From contig OZ241322.1 of the NCBI GenBank assembly GCA_965199715.1, forward strand, positions 1,088,001 through 1,152,000: 64,000 nt of DNA, given 5' to 3'. This document shows, one piece after another, positions 36,906-47,132 of this stretch (position 1 is the first letter of the stretch; every line of letters starts with the position of its first letter). A program made the translations under genes and the position numbers. The notes beneath the pieces were generated by a model that was not told the DNA's origin, ran no database searches, and saw only the letters and a list, made by a program, of their open reading frames with translations. This stretch comes from Vicinamibacteria bacterium (lineage in GTDB: Bacteria > Acidobacteriota > Vicinamibacteria > Marinacidobacterales > Marinacidobacteraceae).

Positions 36906-38144
36906 TCAGGAGGAGGTCCGCTCCATGACCTCGTCGCCGTCGGCGAGCCCCTCGGGGCCCTCGACGACCACGCGGTCGCCCTCGGCGAGGCCGGAGAGCA
37001 CGAACACGCTCTCGCCCTGCGCGTCGCCGATCCGGATGGCGCGCCGCTGGACCCGGCCGTCCCGGACCAGCAGCACGAGATCGCGCCCGGTGTCCGCGAA
37101 GACGGCCGCCCGGGGCAGCAACAGCCCCTCGGGGGCCTCGGATGGGGCCGCCTCGGCCGAGCGGAAGCTCACCTTGACGCCCATGTCGGGGAGGATGCGG
37201 TCGTCGAGCTCCTCGAAGCCGATGCGGACCCGGACGGTGGCGCGATCCCGGTCCGCCGTCGGGATGATCGCGATGACCCGCGCGGGGATCGTCCAGTCGG
37301 CGTAGGAGTCGAGGACCGCGTCCACCGGCTGCCCGGGAGCGACTCGGTTGATGAACGCCTCGTTGACGTCCACTTCGATCTCCCGCGAGCCCATGTCCAC
37401 GATGGTGCCGACGCCGGTGCGGGTGAAGCCGCCGCCGCCCGCGATCGGCGACATCATCTCGCCCGGCTGGGCGTTCTTCGCGGTGATGACCCCGGCGAAC
37501 GGGGCGCGCACCACGGTGTCGTCGATCTGTTGGCGAATCACGTCGATCTGGCGCTCGGCGACTTCGATGTCCTCTTGCTGGCGCGCGACCCGCGCCTCCA
37601 GCGTGGCGACCTCGCCGTCCACGCCGTCGAGGTCGGCCTGCCCGGAGACGCGTTCGGCGACGAGCCGGCGCGTCCGATTCTGACGCAATCGCGCCTCGAC
37701 GAGCTGCGCCTCGACCTCGGCGACCATCTTTCGGGCCGAGGCCGCCCGAGCCCGGGCCAACTGCATGCTGCGGTCGAGGTTGGAGGAATCCAGCCGCGCG
37801 AGCGTCTGGCCTTCCTCGACCTCCATGCCCTCCTCGATGAGGATCTCGACGATCTGGCCCGCGGCCTTCGAGGACACGGTCGCCCGCCGCCGCGCGGTCA
37901 CGTAGCCGCTCGCGTTCAGGACGGTCGTGCCCGCGGACACCGAGGCGGCGCGGACGCGGGCGGTGCGGACCTCCTTGACGTCGGCGTCCGAGGCGAGCAG
38001 CGAGAAGGCGGCGACGCCCCCGCCGAACACCAGCGCGACTCCGACGATGGCCACCCAGATGGCGGCCGCTCGGCTCCCACCGCGTTCCTCCTCGTCGATG
38101 CGCAGTTCTCCCAGCCGATCCGCGGGTCTGGAATCCTTGCTCAC
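36906..38144 (-). CDS. Efflux periplasmic adaptor (membrane fusion protein)
   Basis: N-terminal TM, LNASGYV, lipoyl halves VEEGQTLARLD and VRAPFAGVI, PDMGVKV. Confidence 0.9.
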   Translation of the reverse strand: MSKDSRPADRLGELRIDEEERGGSRAAAIWVAIVGVALVFGGGVAAFSLLASDADVKEVRTARVRAASVSAGTTVLNASGYVTARRRATVSSKAAGQIVEILIEEGMEVEEGQTLARLDSSNLDRSMQLARARAASARKMVAEVEAQLVEARLRQNRTRRLVAERVSGQADLDGVDGEVATLEARVARQQEDIEVAERQIDVIRQQIDDTVVRAPFAGVITAKNAQPGEMMSPIAGGGGFTRTGVGTIVDMGSREIEVDVNEAFINRVAPGQPVDAVLDSYADWTIPARVIAIIPTADRDRATVRVRIGFEELDDRILPDMGVKVSFRSAEAAPSEAPEGLLLPRAAVFADTGRDLVLLVRDGRVQRRAIRIGDAQGESVFVLSGLAEGDRVVVEGPEGLADGDEVMERTSS

Positions 38145-38229
38145 GTTGAATTCACGGTACGCCGGAGGACGGGCGAGGTTCCGTTGGCGGGCGGGTCAGT
38201 CTATCGCCGGGGGTCGCCCAGCCGTCCGC

Positions 38230-38460
38230 TCAAGCTGCGAGCCCTCGGGCCTCCGTCGACGCCATTCGCGCGAAATGCGCGAGGTCATTGCGCAGTCGGT
38301 GGATCTCCTTGACGTCCTCTCGGTCCCGTCCGGTCCATTTCAAGGACACCATGGTGGTGTGAAGGTCCGTCACGTCGAGCTCCTCGATCTCCTTTCCTTC
38401 GTTCCTGGCGCAGTTCGCGCGGTCGGCGATGAAGCGTTCGGTCCCGTCGTTGACGACCGG
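38230..38460 (-). pseudogene. C-terminal fragment with RNDLAH (RxxxxH, HEPN-like) motif
   Basis: Tail of ORF 38230..38820 reads ...EDVKEIHRLRNDLAHF...; no credible start, and the upstream part overlaps the methyltransferase. Confidence 0.35.
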
Positions 38461-39362
38461 GGCTCCAGCCGGACGGTCTCCCCGAGACCGTTCTCGAAAC
38501 GGTCGCCCCCGAGCGGGCGCAGCTCCATGACGGCGGAGCAGTCGTGTATCACGCCGGACCGCCACTTGAGCGGCGACGTTCCGAAAGGTTTGGCCGAGCG
38601 CTCGGCGGCGGGGAGGTCGGCCGCCATACGGCCGCGCCAGAGGCCGATCGTGGAGGCCGGCGCAGTCGCCTCGAGGCTCTCGAACACGGCGCATTCCCGC
38701 GACGCGCCCTCCGGTTCGAGCCTCATCAGGAGCAGGCAGGCGTCCACTTCGACCCGGAAGCGCTCCCGGGCGTCGATGAGGTGGTTCGCCGCGTCGCGCA
38801 CGGCGAACCGCCGCCGCCACGACTCAAGGAGGACCTTCCGCGCCACCGCCGTCTTGCAGAGGATGGCCAGCCAGCCGTTGCGGCCGTCCGCGCTCTCCAG
38901 CAGGCGCACGAGCATCCACCCCGAGACGTCGAAGTTGCTCTTTCCGGTCATGGCGTCGAGGCCGTGGAGACGGCCCGCGTTGCTCCTCGGCGGGGAGTTC
39001 GTTCCGTCGAGAGCGCCGAGCGCCGCCGTCGTCACCCATGGGGGGTCGCCGAGGATGACGGTTGGCTCCGGGAGGCGCGCCAGCACGTCGCGCCGGTCGG
39101 TCTCGAAGAAGTCCGCTTGGTGGACGGCGGCCGTCGGCGCGTCGCGCGCGGCGGTCACGTGCCGGGGGTCCCGGTCGTAGCCGAGTCGCGTCGGGCAGCG
39201 GGGGAACGCCGCGGACGCGGCCCGGAGGAACGAGCCCGCGCCGCAGGTGGGCTCGAGGACCGCTTCGGGCGCGACGCCGACGCGCTTGAGCAACGCGCAG
39301 ACGCGGCGAGCGAGGGGCGGCGGCGTCTGGAAGTCGCGGAGCTCGATCCGGCGACGGGTCAC
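38370..39362 (-). pseudogene. Truncated SAM-dependent DNA methyltransferase
   Basis: DFQTP, LEPTCGAGSFL, ILGDPPWV, DAMTGKSNFDV, WRSGVIHDCSAVMEL; family-like sequence stops after NGLGETVRLE; GTGA overlap with the upstream gene. Confidence 0.7.
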
Positions 39363-40051
39363 CGCGGGCGGCGGACCAGGAACGGGGCCGCCACCAGCGC
39401 GAACGCCACGAGCCCGACCACCTCCAGCACCGGCAAGTACCAGGGCCACGGCAGGAAGAAGAATGGGTTCACCGTGCCGGTCGGCGGGGCGCACAGGTAC
39501 ATGTAGTTCGCGTCGAGCGCCAGGTTGGCGAGCGCCACCGGGACGGCCATCACATGGAGCCAGGCGAACGCCTTCACGAGCGCCCTTCCGGTGGGGCGCA
39601 TGCCGAGCCCGAAGGTCGCGACGAGCATGCCGGTGACGATGCCGCCGTGGGCGACGAAGTACTGGAAGAAGCGGTACTGGGGGAAGCCGGCGTCCATGTT
39701 GCCGGGGGTGATGAGCGCGATCCCGGCGCCCGCGACGCCCCAGAACCAGGCGATCTCGTAGGCGCCGCGGCTCCCGCGCACGAGAGTGATCGCGGTCAGG
39801 AACACCGCCACGCCGCACAGATGAAACGGCAGGTGGTTGCGCAGGAATCCGTCGAGGCCGAGTTGGACGACGCGCACGCTCCACCAGGCGAACTCGTTCA
39901 GCAGCAGCGTTCCGGCGAGTCCGTAGCGGACCGCGTCCCGGACCGGGGCGGGGCCCCGCCGGACCAGCGCGATCAGCGCGACGGCGACGAGGGCGATGAC
40001 CCCGAGCGCCGCGAGGTGCGGGACTCCGAAGGTCTGGAACCCGCCGCTCAC
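39359..40051 (-). CDS. YwaF/TIGR02206-type integral membrane protein
   Basis: FGVPHL, LPFHLC, ALITP, QYFVAHG, ANYMYL, PWPWYL. Confidence 0.8.
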   Translation of the reverse strand: MSGGFQTFGVPHLAALGVIALVAVALIALVRRGPAPVRDAVRYGLAGTLLLNEFAWWSVRVVQLGLDGFLRNHLPFHLCGVAVFLTAITLVRGSRGAYEIAWFWGVAGAGIALITPGNMDAGFPQYRFFQYFVAHGGIVTGMLVATFGLGMRPTGRALVKAFAWLHVMAVPVALANLALDANYMYLCAPPTGTVNPFFFLPWPWYLPVLEVVGLVAFALVAAPFLVRRPR

Positions 40052-40686
40052 CGCTCGGGCACGTCCGCGCTTCCGGGGAGTTCGAGCAGCGCGCCGTAGC
40101 CGGCGCAGACCGGATCGTCCACGTAGTCCGGGATCAGCCCCTTCGGCCGGAATCCGATGCGAAGTTGGACCGTGATCGTCGGATCGGCGCGTTCGCCGGC
40201 GACCAGCTCTTCGTAGTACCGCTTCGCATCGATGCGCCCGGCGAGCGCGCCGTATCCGGCGAGCAGGCCCACCGTGACCTGCCCCTTGAGGCCGAGCCGC
40301 CGGACGAGCCGCTGGCGCGCCGCGTAGAGCGCCCGCCCGACGCCGCGGCGCCGCCACGCCGGCAGGACTCCGAGATCCGCGCCGTAGAGCCACGCGCCGT
40401 CCGAGTCGTGGACCGTCAGCCGGCCGTCTCCGAAGATCTGCGGGAACGAGTGCCGCCCGCGAGCCAAACTCTCGCCGACGCGCAGCGTCGTGGTCGCGCC
40501 GATGACTTCGTCGCCGGCGACGGCGACGAGCTGCCCCTCGGGGAACATCCCGATGTGGCTGCGGTAGTGCTCGGCGCAATAGCGCTGGTCGGCGGCGAGC
40601 GTCGGAAAGACGACTTCCTGGAGCGCCGCCAGCGCGTCGGCCTGCTCCGGAGCGGCGCGGACGACCCGGAAGGGCCGGGCGCTCAC
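40048..40686 (-). CDS. GNAT family N-acetyltransferase
   Basis: FPEGQLVA, WLYGADLGVLPAWRRRGVGRALY, DPTITVQLRIGF. Confidence 0.85.
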   Translation of the reverse strand: MSARPFRVVRAAPEQADALAALQEVVFPTLAADQRYCAEHYRSHIGMFPEGQLVAVAGDEVIGATTTLRVGESLARGRHSFPQIFGDGRLTVHDSDGAWLYGADLGVLPAWRRRGVGRALYAARQRLVRRLGLKGQVTVGLLAGYGALAGRIDAKRYYEELVAGERADPTITVQLRIGFRPKGLIPDYVDDPVCAGYGALLELPGSADVPER

Positions 40687-42161
40687 GCGGGGGGGATGGG
40701 CGAGAGCACACCGAGCCGGCCGCGGGGCGCGACCGGCTTCCCGTCGATGTCCACGATCGGGCGCGGCGGATGGGAGCGCGCGGTGACGAGCGACACGACG
40801 ACCGTCACGAGGATGGAGACCCCGGTCGCGACGAGGGCGCCGGGGAAGTTTCCGCCGCTCATCCACGTGATGAGGACGGTCGTCAGCCAGACGCCGACGC
40901 CGGCGACGACGCCCGCCACCGCCCCGGGGCCGTTCGTCCGCTTCCAGTACATCCCGAGCGTGAGCGGGCCGAAGAGCCCGACCATGATGATCGTCCACGA
41001 CTCGACCATGAGCGCGTACACGCTCTGGAACACGAGCGCGACGCCGAGCGCCATCCCGCAGAAGAACACGACTCCCATCCGGGCCGCGATGAGGATTTCC
41101 CTGGAGTCGAGGTCGGGGGCGAGGTTCTTCACCACGTTCCGGCCGAAGACGCTCGCCGGGCCGAGGAGGCCGCTGTCGGCGGAGCTCATCAGCGCCGCGA
41201 ACAGCGCGCCGAGGAAGAGCGCGAACCCGAGCGGCGGCAGGTACTGCTGCGCGAGGATCGGGACGATGTGCTCGGGGTTGTCGAGGATCGGGAAGAGGTG
41301 CCGTCCGAGGAGGCCGAGGCACACCGGGATGATCCCGACCCCGACGTACAGCGCGCCGGCGGCGTAGGCGCTCCACTGCGCGACCCATTCGCTCCTCGAG
41401 CTCAGCGCCCGCTGCATCAGGTCCTGCGCGGGAAGGTTGCCGAGGCCGATCACGAGCCAAGCCTGCACGAACAGGCACCACTCGAGGATCCCGCCGGTCG
41501 GCGTGAAGCGCGTCTGCATGAACGTCAGCCGCTCGAGGCTCGGCCCCGCGCCGCCGAGCGCTCCGAACACCTGCGGCAGCAGGATCAGGAGCGCGAGGAT
41601 GAGCACCGCGCTCTGGAAGACGTCGGTGATCGTGACGCTCCACATGCCGCCGAGCACCGTGTAGAGCAGCACCGCGCCCGCCGCGACGAGGATCGCCGTC
41701 ATGGCGTCGAGGTCGGTGAGCGCGGTGAGGATCGTGCCCACGGCGACGAGCTGGGAGCCCACCCAGCCGATGTAGGCGGGAAAGATGACGAGCGCCGAGA
41801 GGATCTCCGCGGCGACGCCGAAGCGGCTGCGGAAGAAGTCGGAGACCGTGGTCAGCTTCAGCCGGCGCAGGAGGCGCACGTAGAAGGCGCCGGCGAGGAA
41901 CAGGCAGAGCCCGGCGCCGAAGGGATCCGCCACGACCGCCGAGAGTCCGCCCGAGTAGGCGGCGCCCGCCGCGCCGATGAGGGTGCCCCCGCCGAACCAC
42001 GTGGCGAACAGCGTGAAGGTGCACAGCACGAACCCGAGCCGCCGCCCGGCCACGACGAAGTCGCTCGCGTCGTTGACGCGGCGCGACGCCCACGCGCCGA
42101 TGCCGAGCAGGATCGCCAGGTAGAGGCCGACGATCCCGAGGATCAGCGCGTTTCCGGTCAA
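40683..42161 (-). CDS. Sodium:solute symporter family protein
   Basis: DFVVAGRRL, ATWFGGG, YTVLGGMWSVTITDVFQ, QDLMQRALSS, AALMSSADS. Confidence 0.92.
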   Translation of the reverse strand: MTGNALILGIVGLYLAILLGIGAWASRRVNDASDFVVAGRRLGFVLCTFTLFATWFGGGTLIGAAGAAYSGGLSAVVADPFGAGLCLFLAGAFYVRLLRRLKLTTVSDFFRSRFGVAAEILSALVIFPAYIGWVGSQLVAVGTILTALTDLDAMTAILVAAGAVLLYTVLGGMWSVTITDVFQSAVLILALLILLPQVFGALGGAGPSLERLTFMQTRFTPTGGILEWCLFVQAWLVIGLGNLPAQDLMQRALSSRSEWVAQWSAYAAGALYVGVGIIPVCLGLLGRHLFPILDNPEHIVPILAQQYLPPLGFALFLGALFAALMSSADSGLLGPASVFGRNVVKNLAPDLDSREILIAARMGVVFFCGMALGVALVFQSVYALMVESWTIIMVGLFGPLTLGMYWKRTNGPGAVAGVVAGVGVWLTTVLITWMSGGNFPGALVATGVSILVTVVVSLVTARSHPPRPIVDIDGKPVAPRGRLGVLSPIPPA

Positions 42162-42165
42162 TCCG

Positions 42166-43185
42166 TCAGCCGCCGGTGCGGCTCCGGTACGCCTCGGTCC
42201 CGTACACCTCGGGGTTGACGCAGTTCGGGGCGGGCCGCCGGTTCAGGTGGGCGATCGCGTTCTCGGCGCACATGGTCGCCATGCGGTCGCGGGTGGCCAC
42301 GCTTCCGCTCGCGATGTGCGGCAGGATCACCACCTTGTCCAGCTCGGCGAGGCCGGCCGCCATCGCTGGCTCATGCTCGAACACGTCCAGACCGGCACCG
42401 CCGATCTCCCCCTGCTGGATCGCCGCGACGAGCGCCGCCTCTTCCACCACCGGGCCGCGCGCCGTGTTCACGAGGATCGCCGTGGGCTTCATGAGGGAGA
42501 AGGCGCGGGCGTCGAACAGGTGGTGCGTCGAAGGGTTGAGGTCCGTGTGGATACTGACGAAGTCGCTGCGCCGGAGCAACTCGTCGAACTCGGCGTACTC
42601 CACGTCGTCCCGCGCCTCGATGATCTCCTTCATCGGCGGGTCGAAGGCGACGACGTCCATGTCGAAGCCCTGGGCGCGGCGGTGCATCGCCTGCCCGATC
42701 CGCCCGAAGCCGACCACGCCGAGGGTCTTCCGCCGGCCGTCGCCGCCCGGACTCACGTCGGCGCCGAGCATGAGCGCCGGCCCCCAGATGCGGTACTGGC
42801 CGGTGCGCATGTAGCGGTCGGCCTCGACGACGCGGCGCGCCGTCGCCATGACGAGCGCCCACGCGAGGTCGGCAGTGGAGTCGGTCAGGACGCCCGGGGT
42901 GTTGCTGATCGGCACCCCGAGCTCGGTCGCGGCGGCCACGTCCACGTTGTTGAACCCCACCGCGTAGTTCGCGACGCCAAGCAGCGACGGGATGGAGAGC
43001 AGCTCCCGGTCCACCGCCTCGGTGAGGAGCGAGACGTGGACGTCGGCGGAACGGGCGCCGGCCAGCACCCGGTCCCGGGGCACGGCCTGATCGTCGCCCA
43101 TCTCGGCGATCTCGACCGCGCCGGCGGCCTCGAGCATGGAGACTCCGGCGTCGGGGATCTTCCGGGTCACGAAAAAGCGGTTCAT
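42166..43185 (-). CDS. D-glycerate dehydrogenase/glyoxylate reductase (D-2-hydroxyacid dehydrogenase)
   Basis: AVGFNNVD, NTPGVLTDSTADL, GFGRIG, NTARGPVV, GLDVFEHEP, LPHIAS. Confidence 0.92.
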   Translation of the reverse strand: MNRFFVTRKIPDAGVSMLEAAGAVEIAEMGDDQAVPRDRVLAGARSADVHVSLLTEAVDRELLSIPSLLGVANYAVGFNNVDVAAATELGVPISNTPGVLTDSTADLAWALVMATARRVVEADRYMRTGQYRIWGPALMLGADVSPGGDGRRKTLGVVGFGRIGQAMHRRAQGFDMDVVAFDPPMKEIIEARDDVEYAEFDELLRRSDFVSIHTDLNPSTHHLFDARAFSLMKPTAILVNTARGPVVEEAALVAAIQQGEIGGAGLDVFEHEPAMAAGLAELDKVVILPHIASGSVATRDRMATMCAENAIAHLNRRPAPNCVNPEVYGTEAYRSRTGG

Positions 43186-44489
43186 GCGGCGACTCCAAGG
43201 GCGATCGGATCGTTGAGGAAGCGCTGGAAGCCTTCCGCGTCGGCGGCGCCGGCGGCGATCCGGGAAATCCCTTCCTTCAGCGAGTCCATGTCCGCGGCGT
43301 AGGAAAGGCGCAGGAAGTCCTGTCCCTCGCTCCCGATCACACCGAAGCTGCGTCGGTCCACGAGCGCGACGCCGTGGAAGTAGAGGAGGAAGCGGGACAG
43401 CAGGGTGGAGGGGCTCGTGCGTTTCCGGACCGACTCGGGCTGGGCGTGGAACCACGCGGTCGCGCCGAGCGCCTCGCAGGCCCCCGAGATGTTCGGGAAG
43501 ACGTAGAAGGCGCCGAGCGGGTTCGCGCAGCGGATCCCGGGGATGGCGTTCAGCGCCGGCACGACGTGGTCGCGGCGGCGGCGGAACTCCTCCACCATGC
43601 CGCGCACGACCCCGGCAGTGAGGGGGCTCTCGAGCGCCTCGCGCGCCGCCTCCTGGATGAACGGCGGGGTGCAGCTCACCGTGTTGATGTTGATCTGCTT
43701 GAAGCGCACCGCCTCCTCGGCGGTCGGCAGCACCGTCCAGCCGAGCCGCCAGCCGGTCATCGCGAATCCCTTCGAGTGGCCGCTCGCGATGATCGTGCGC
43801 TCGCGCATGCCCGGCATCGACGCCATCGACGCGTGCTCGAAGCCGTCGAAGGTGATGTGCTCGTAGATCTCGTCCGAGTAGATGCGGATGTCGGGCCGCG
43901 CCCGGCGGCGCACGAGGTCCGCGACCTCCTCCAGCAGCTCCCGGGGGAGCACGCCGCCGGTGGGGTTCGACGGCGAGCAGAGCATGAGCACCTTGGTGCG
44001 CTCGGTGAGCAGCGCGTCGAGATCCGCGGCGGTGAACGCGAAGCCGCGCTCCTCCTGGAGCACCAGCGGCTTCGGCGTCCCGCCGAGGTAGGTCACCCAC
44101 GACTCGTAGATCGGGAAGCCCGGGCTCGGGTAGATGACCTCGTCGCCGGGGTCCACGTAGGCCATCATCGTGTAGCCGATCGCGGGCTTGGCCCCGGAGA
44201 GGACGATGACCTGGTCGGGATCCACCGGGATGCCGCGGGTCTCCGAGACGTGCTTCGCGAGCGCGTTCCGCAGCGGCGCGATCCCCGCCGGATCCGTGTA
44301 GTGGGTGTCGCCCCGGCGGATCGCGGCGATCCCGGCCTCGTTGATGTGGGGGGCGCTGTCGAAATCGGGCTCGCCGATCGTGAACGGGATGACGTCGCGG
44401 CCCCGGGCGCGGGCGCGGCCCATGTCCTCCGCGATCTTGAACGCGTTCTCCGTGCCCATGCAGTCGAAGCGCCTGGCGAACAGTGGCAT
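43182..44489 (-). CDS. PLP-dependent aminotransferase class I/II (aspartate aminotransferase-like)
   Basis: IGEPDF, SPSNPTG, SDEIYEH, SKGFAMTGWRLG, GAFYVFP. Confidence 0.92.
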   Translation of the reverse strand: MPLFARRFDCMGTENAFKIAEDMGRARARGRDVIPFTIGEPDFDSAPHINEAGIAAIRRGDTHYTDPAGIAPLRNALAKHVSETRGIPVDPDQVIVLSGAKPAIGYTMMAYVDPGDEVIYPSPGFPIYESWVTYLGGTPKPLVLQEERGFAFTAADLDALLTERTKVLMLCSPSNPTGGVLPRELLEEVADLVRRRARPDIRIYSDEIYEHITFDGFEHASMASMPGMRERTIIASGHSKGFAMTGWRLGWTVLPTAEEAVRFKQININTVSCTPPFIQEAAREALESPLTAGVVRGMVEEFRRRRDHVVPALNAIPGIRCANPLGAFYVFPNISGACEALGATAWFHAQPESVRKRTSPSTLLSRFLLYFHGVALVDRRSFGVIGSEGQDFLRLSYAADMDSLKEGISRIAAGAADAEGFQRFLNDPIALGVAA

Positions 44490-44579
44490 GCCGGAATCCT
44501 TGTCGATCGGGGGAGGAAGGGCGGCGGCGGGCGCCGGACGGGACGGATGATAAATTGGCCCGCTCATTCGGGTACGGGC

Positions 44580-45944
44580 ATGATGGGATCGCGAGCGCTG
44601 CTTCCCGGGGCGCTGCTGCTCGTCGCGGCGGCGGGCGCGGCGCAGCAGGAGCCGGCCGGCGAATTCCCGTTCGAGGTCTTCGACGACCTGTATCGGGGCA
44701 CCGAGCCGCAAAGCGCCGACGTGGAGGGCCAGCTCGGCGTCGCCGACGAGGACTACGTCCCCGAGGTCTTCCAGTACCGGCGCCGCGACGCGCAGCCGCG
44801 CCAGGGGGCGATCAGCGGCGAGCACCGGTCGGTCGCGATGACCGAGTTCCAGGTGCTGGACCCCATGGTCGCCCCCGGCGAGGTCGTGCGGGCGATCGTC
44901 CGGGTGGAGCCCGCGTTCGAGAAGGGGCGGCGGTTCGTCGCCGAGTTCTGGAGCCAGGAGTACGGGCGGGCGTCGGTGGTGTACGTCAACTTCAAGCCCC
45001 ATCCCGAGCATCGGACGCTCTACCTCGGGCGGGGAAGGGTGGACCGCCATCACCCCGGCGGCCGGTACAACGCCGGCTCCACGATGATCACCGACGAGCG
45101 CGGGCGCAAGAAGGCGTACTCCGCCGAGTTCAACCCGGTCATGCGCGACCCGGACGGCGGCCCGGCGCACTTCGTGGTCGAGGACAACCCGGACATGGAC
45201 GTCCGGCCGCCGGTCCTCCGCTCGCTCGAGATCCTCACCCCCCGGGCGCGGACCGGCGAGACGATCCGGATCGCAGCCGAGGTCGAGGACGATCTCGCCG
45301 GCCCGTCGCAGGCGCGGGCGGTGCTCGTCAGCCCGTCGGGGGGCCGGCTGATCCGGGCGGACCTCATCGGAGACGTCCGTTCGCCCGGCCGGTTCGTGGG
45401 CGCGTTCCCCTTCCCCGAGTGGTACGAGGGCGGGGTCTGGACCGTCCAGAAGGTCGAGCTCTTCGACGCGGCGCGCAACAGCGCGCTGCTGTTCGCCGCC
45501 ACGGAGCCGATGCTGCGGGCGGCGGAGGTCGAGGTCGAAGCGGACCCGGAGCGGGTGGACGACGAGCCGCCGACGCTGCTGGCGTTGGAGGTGCCGCTGC
45601 GGGAGGCCCCGTTCGGCGAGGACGCGCCGGTGGCGGCGCTCGTCGAGGACGACTTGAGCGGCGTGGACCGGGTGTTCGTGCTGTTCCAAAGTCCGAGCGG
45701 GGCCGATCTCGTGCGCGTCGAGCTCGAGAGCCGGAATCCGCCGCTGAACCGGCCCTCGCTGCTCCCGCAGCCGAACGTGTTCCGGGGGACGCTGAAGCTG
45801 GAGGATTTCCGGGAGGGCGGCGCCTACCGGGTCACTCGGGTCCACCTCGCCGACCGGGCGCGCAACTACCGGGAGCTGAGCGTCTGGGACGGCGAGATCC
45901 CCGATGTGCAGGTCGAGTTTCTCGACGAGGGAGAGAGACCATGA
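44580..45944 (+). CDS. Secreted hypothetical protein with repeated beta-sandwich-like units
   Basis: Signal peptide; repeats DVRPPVLRSLEI...AEVEDDLAG...SPSG and DDEPPTLLALEV...ALVEDDLSG...SPSG. Confidence 0.7.
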   Translation: MMGSRALLPGALLLVAAAGAAQQEPAGEFPFEVFDDLYRGTEPQSADVEGQLGVADEDYVPEVFQYRRRDAQPRQGAISGEHRSVAMTEFQVLDPMVAPGEVVRAIVRVEPAFEKGRRFVAEFWSQEYGRASVVYVNFKPHPEHRTLYLGRGRVDRHHPGGRYNAGSTMITDERGRKKAYSAEFNPVMRDPDGGPAHFVVEDNPDMDVRPPVLRSLEILTPRARTGETIRIAAEVEDDLAGPSQARAVLVSPSGGRLIRADLIGDVRSPGRFVGAFPFPEWYEGGVWTVQKVELFDAARNSALLFAATEPMLRAAEVEVEADPERVDDEPPTLLALEVPLREAPFGEDAPVAALVEDDLSGVDRVFVLFQSPSGADLVRVELESRNPPLNRPSLLPQPNVFRGTLKLEDFREGGAYRVTRVHLADRARNYRELSVWDGEIPDVQVEFLDEGERP

Positions 45945-47131
45945 TCGGGCGACGCGCGTTTCTGGGAACGGCGGCGATGATGGGGGCGAGCCGGCTGGCC
46001 GCCGCGCCCCGGGTCGAGACGGTTCCCGACCGGAGCCTGAGGACGAAGCATCTCGTCGTGATCCTCTACGGGAACGGCTGCCGGAAGAAGGACGTCGTCG
46101 AGGATCCGGCGCACGCCCCGCACATGGCCCGCATGGCGCGGGAGGGCGCGGTCTGCACCGAGGACTTCGGCGAGACCGCGAACCTCCACGGCTACATGTA
46201 CACGGAGATGCTCACCGGGCGGGAGACGGTCTCCGAGCATCCGCTCTATCCCACGTGGACCGAGATCGCGCGGAAGGAGCTCGGCGGCTCGCCGAACGAC
46301 TACTGGATGCTCCAGGGCGTGAGCTACTACCGCTCGTGGGTCTGGGACCGGAAGCACTGGAGCGCGCATCCCGAGGGCGGGCTGCGGTTCGGAGCCAACT
46401 CGCTCACGATGAACAAGGTGTTCCACCCGGACGAGACCCGATCGCCGGCGGAGCTGGTCCGCGCCAGCCTCGAGCCGGGGCTCGGCCACACCCGGCGCAG
46501 CCTCGCCGACGCCGAGGAGTGGATCGGCGACGCGGCGCGACGGCGGATCGCCACCCCGGCGTCCACCCGGACTTCGGTCGTCGAGCGCGAGGTGCCCGTG
46601 GGGGACGCCCAGTGCTTCGAGATCGCGAAGCACCTGCTGCGGGACTTCCGCCCGAAGCTCATCACGATCCAGATGCTGGCGCTCGACGACGCGCACGCCG
46701 ACGCCGGGTTCTGGGACTACGACACGGACTTCGGGCAGTACCGGCGGCACATCGCCTTGACCGACGAGCTGATCGGGAACCTGTGGGACTTCATCCAAGC
46801 CGATCCGGCGCTGCGCGACACGACCTCGATCCTGCTGCGGCCCGAGTGCGGGCGGGACGACGAGGTGAACGCGTACGGCCAGTTGCACCACTCGCAGGGG
46901 AACTACTACGCCCACAACGTCTGGACGCTCGCGGTCGGCCCCGACTTCCAGCCCGGCGCCGTCTTCCCCGAGAAGGTGATGCGCCGCGACTTCTGCCCGA
47001 CCGTGGTCTATTCGCTCACCGGGCGGGATCTCGCTCGGCACGCGACCGGCTCGGTGCGCACCCAACTGTTCCGGGAGGAATACGGCTTGCCGCCGTACGT
47101 CCTGCGCGACCGGTTCGGAGAGGCGGTCTGA
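45941..47131 (+). CDS. Tat-exported alkaline-phosphatase/sulfatase-superfamily-like protein
   Basis: MIGRRAFLG twin-arginine signal; LALDDAH, TDELIGNLWDFIQ, RPECGRD, QLHH. Confidence 0.65.
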   Translation: MIGRRAFLGTAAMMGASRLAAAPRVETVPDRSLRTKHLVVILYGNGCRKKDVVEDPAHAPHMARMAREGAVCTEDFGETANLHGYMYTEMLTGRETVSEHPLYPTWTEIARKELGGSPNDYWMLQGVSYYRSWVWDRKHWSAHPEGGLRFGANSLTMNKVFHPDETRSPAELVRASLEPGLGHTRRSLADAEEWIGDAARRRIATPASTRTSVVEREVPVGDAQCFEIAKHLLRDFRPKLITIQMLALDDAHADAGFWDYDTDFGQYRRHIALTDELIGNLWDFIQADPALRDTTSILLRPECGRDDEVNAYGQLHHSQGNYYAHNVWTLAVGPDFQPGAVFPEKVMRRDFCPTVVYSLTGRDLARHATGSVRTQLFREEYGLPPYVLRDRFGEAV

Positions 47132-47132
47132 G

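Noticed and set aside
22615-40695. Shorter G runs (G6 near 22615 and 22690, G7 near 40689)
   Set aside because: Short, expected at this GC content, and not associated with frameshifts.
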